Shown here piece by piece: positions 60,560 through 64,000 of a stretch of DNA of 64,000 nt. The number at the start of each line of letters is the position of its first letter. Within the stretch, counting starts at the first letter, position 1. The notes beneath the pieces are model-generated. The model had not been told where the DNA came from. It worked only from the letters and a program-made list of their open reading frames with translations, and did not search any database. Made by a program: the position numbers and the translations under genes. This DNA comes from Squalus acanthias (lineage: Eukaryota). Location of the stretch: positions 91,080,001-91,144,000 of the forward strand of contig CM059432.1 of NCBI GenBank assembly GCA_030390025.1. Direction: 5' to 3'.

Positions 60560-63500
60560 GGGCTCGATTTTGCCATTGGGGGCGGGCTGGGGCGTGTCAG
60601 GTGGTTTTCGTGTCAGGATACCGACTCAGATGTGAAGTGGGAAAAAAGTACGATTTTGCCCTAATTAGGCACTTGATTTCCAGCGTGTGGAAACCCCTGG
60701 CCCAATGAGTCTTTTCATACAGAAAGTCACCTCCGATGACATCATCAATGCTGCAGGATTTAAGGCCTGCAAGCAGCCTTGCTTCTTCTGAAGACTTTAA
60801 ACTTTATGCCCATTGTTGTAATCGCTTCATTCAGCAACTATGTCCAGCAGTAGGCCAAAGTGTGCTCCAAGGTTCGATGAAGCCTCCCTCCAAGCTCTGG
60901 TGGAGGGAGCAAGATCAAATAAGGAGGTGCTCTTCCCTTCCTCAGGGAGGAAAAAGCCTCCCCAGCAGACTAAAGCTGTGTGGATGCAAGTGGCCCAGGA
61001 GGTCAACTCAATCTCTATGTGCCGCAGAACCTGGCTGCAATGCAGGAAGAGGTTTCATGACCTTCTCCGCACAGGAAAAGTGAGTATGACTTTCCCATTA
61101 CCCTCAATCTGATCCCCATCGCCTCTCCTCACCAGCACTCTGCTTTGCCAACCTCTTCCTCCACATCCCACTTGACACTTACATCCCTGTACCCTTACCA
61201 ATTCCCTCTCTCTCTATGGTCACATTCACTTAACTATTCGACCATGCAGCCCTCACACTCCCTATCACAGTGATGCAATGACAACAACTTACAACACACA
61301 GGGAGGGCCCTTTGTCTCCTTCTAAGCATCTATGCTATGGATTCTCTACACTCACTCCTTCATTCTCACTCAAACTCCACTTGTGTCTCTCATTGCAGGA
61401 AAAGAGAGCCCACAATAAGAGGGAAAGAGCGAGGACAGGAGGAGGGCTACCCTCAGTAGCCCAGCTCACCACCTCGGAGGAGGCGGCCCTGGAAATCGCC
61501 AGTGTCGAGGAAGATTCGCAAGTGGGGGACAGACAGACGGGCGCATCACAGCAAGCTGGTGACAGAATAGTTTGGCATCTCTCATTGACATTGCATGAGT
61601 GACTGATAATGATTCTGATGCTCTAACAGATTGACTTATGATCATCTGCACAATTCAATGTGCATGCAACCTTTACCTCACATCTCGAACTCTTTCCTTT
61701 ACTCCTCCACAGGACCATCGACAGCCCCCGTCCCCACTGTCCAGGGGGAACAGCCTGAGCCTCAAGACGCGTCAGAGGAAGTTGCAACCTCTGAGGGTGT
61801 AGCGTCAGCAGAATTCAGCGCACCCAGCACCAGCGCAGACACTCACACCTCGGTGGGACCTTTGCGAGATAGAATAGTGTAGTCACCTGGTGTATCACAG
61901 CTCACAAGTGAGCATCAGCAGATGGTGGAGACAGGGACAGCAGTGGAGAGTCCTCGTCGGAGGGCGCAGGACTCTCCCAGCTCGGCTCAGTTGCATGTCG
62001 ACCCTGTGCCTCCGGGTCCATCCAGAAGGAGAGCGGTGCTGGGACTCCAGGAACAGATGCAGGAGTCTCTGGCAGTTTTTGTCTCCAGGGTCGCTGCGAG
62101 TGTGGAGCGAATGGAGGAGTCCATCGCGAACATGAGCAGAACCTTTGTGGAGGCATTGGTGCATGAACACATCACCACGGAAAGGATGGCAACCTCCGTG
62201 GAAAGAATGGCTACGATAGAGGAGAGGATGAGTGTTGAAAACATGGTCATTGTTCAGAATAGACTGACATCTCTTGAGGAGCGATGGTCAGCTATTGAGC
62301 ATAGAAACCAGATCTTCATGGAAGTCCTCTGGAGTAGGGCTTCCAGTGCAGAAACGAGTCCTCATGGCCCCCCTGAAGTGCAGCAAGGTGCTGTCAAGCC
62401 ACTTGCTAGCTCTGAAGTGGGGCTGACCCATGAGAGGGATGTTGGTGGCAGACAACAAGGAAGTGGGGGCTCCTCTCCAAGCGCTCACATGACCATGCCA
62501 CTGTAAAGCCCTCGGTCAGAGCCCCACCAGAGTCCTCACCCAACTGAGATGGGCGTCTCAGCCCCTGCACATCCGCAGGAGCAGCAGACTGTTGCCGAGC
62601 CCTCATAGGCACGCAACCCCAGAGGACGCCCACCAAAGGTGTTGAGCCAGGAGCAGCAAGAAAGTGAGCAAGAGGCCTTCACATCTGCTGAAGCCACAGG
62701 GGAAGCACCACGTAGGAGCACGCATAAGAGGAAGATAAAGCACAAGTAGTCACAAGGGTACTCCCTTGGATGTTCTGTTGTATTGTTTTTTGACAAGCCA
62801 TCCTTGTAATGTGATGATAAACAGATTTGATGGCAAACTGTTGAAGTTGTGGCCTGTGTCATCTCGCAAATGGGACTTCCACATTGAGGGCTTAGGGCGA
62901 CTTGCAATTGTCAGTATGGTGGTCAGAGTGATAGGAATCCGCAGGTTCTTGTCCATTGTCGATGCTCTGGTAAGAAGGTGCGAGGCAAAAGTGTTTGATT
63001 GTGCAGGCTTAGCAAATCTGGCCAACATGAGTGCGTCCCTTGCATCCTGGGCAGCAATGTGGTCGTGCGCTGGCGCCTTCTGGCCTGTGCAGCTTCAGGT
63101 GGGTGAGCAGCAGCTTGGTGCGCCTGTTGTTGCTGCTACTGTTGGTGCTGCTGTTGTTCATGGTTCTGCTGCTGCCGCGGCTGGTCTTCGTCCAAATCTG
63201 ATGTCCAGGAGGAAAGGAAATAAATGGTTCCCATGCTTCTGATATATGCCTCAGTTGAGGAAGTGCTCAGTCAAGGTGGGAAGAGGGGTTTCCCAGGAGG
63301 TCACACTGGAGATGGGTGTCAGGCTTCAAACTTCCACAACAGTGAGTATGCCTGCTAAAAGTTCCCCCAGACCTAAGACAACAAAGTTCTGCCACCTGCA
63401 AATGATCATTGGTGAAAACTCCTTTTTAATGGTGGAGTTGCAGCTGTTAGTAAGCAGTCCACTTGTGAGGCTGCCAGGATTAACTGGCGTGTTCCAGAGG

Positions 63501-63763
63501 AGATGTGCAGGATGGGGGAAATGTGTTAAAATCAGAAAGGCCTCTCAAAATGGGATTATAGAGGCAATTAATTGGTTGTTAAGAGCCTTAAGGGCCTATC
63601 CCACCTCTTGGAGGCAGAATGGAAACGGGTCTGAAACCCCGATTCTGGGAAAATTGCTCGGAGGCGGGCTGGAGGCAGGATTGGAGCCGCCCACCATTTT
63701 TTGTGATTTTAACACCTCACATGCCTCCAATCCCGCCTCCTCGGGCCTGGCAAAATCGAGCCC
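60560..63763. mobile_element. Harbinger H4: complete 3-exon Myb gene, nuclease core deleted
   Basis: Perfect 16-bp TIR gggctcgattttgcca. TSD ATC (60557-60559, 63764-63766). The nuclease remnant at about 62990-63234 (minus) joins a Q-rich N-terminus to HIAAQDARD. Confidence 0.9.
60840..62749 (+). pseudogene. Myb/SANT-like gene of H4 (exons 60840-61079, 61399-61558, 61713 to about 62749); premature stops in exon 3
   Basis: APRFDEASLQALVEG..KEVLFP..W..VAQEVNS..RTWLQCRKRFHDL, EKRAHNKRERARTGGG. Canonical GT-AG introns. Stops at 61880 and 62504. Confidence 0.87.
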
Positions 63764-64000
63764 ATCCTGTCAGCTCAACTCCTGTTTACACCAGACTCCA
63801 AGATGACACAGATATTTGTGCCAAGATCTGGACATAAGATAGACCATGGAACAGCTTTAAACATATAACTGTGGGTGCATTAGCATGGAGTAATAGGAAA
63901 CGTGAGGTCTACATGCACCTTTAAAGTGACCACCACAGGCCACCAACAAAAAAGTAAGTTTGTTAAAAATACTTATCTAAATATGGTGCTGGGTAGAGCA

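Overview
Eukaryotic, repeat-dominated DNA, most likely from a cartilaginous fish (shark). This is inferred from the HE1-like V-SINE, Deu-domain SINE and CR1 tail repertoire. I could not support any host protein-coding exon, so the window looks intronic or intergenic. It holds a near-intact CR1 LINE, an RTE LINE with a twin-priming-style 5' inversion, and L2, L1 and CR1-like fragments. It also holds a Penelope (GIY-YIG) retroelement plus two mini-derivatives carrying minimal hammerhead ribozyme motifs, and three SINE types, each sharing a 3' tail with a LINE in the same window. At least 11 PIF/Harbinger-related DNA transposon copies are present. Two are full-length two-gene elements (intron-containing Myb/SANT-like gene convergent with a HARBI1-like DDE nuclease); the rest are Myb-only deletion derivatives, MITEs and decayed copies. 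The copies with readable ends have 3-bp TSDs, nearly all starting with A, rather than TAA/TTA. The most interesting signals are the ribozyme-bearing mini-retroelements, the inverted RTE insertion, and the Harbinger community. All family assignments come from motif recognition by eye, not database searches.
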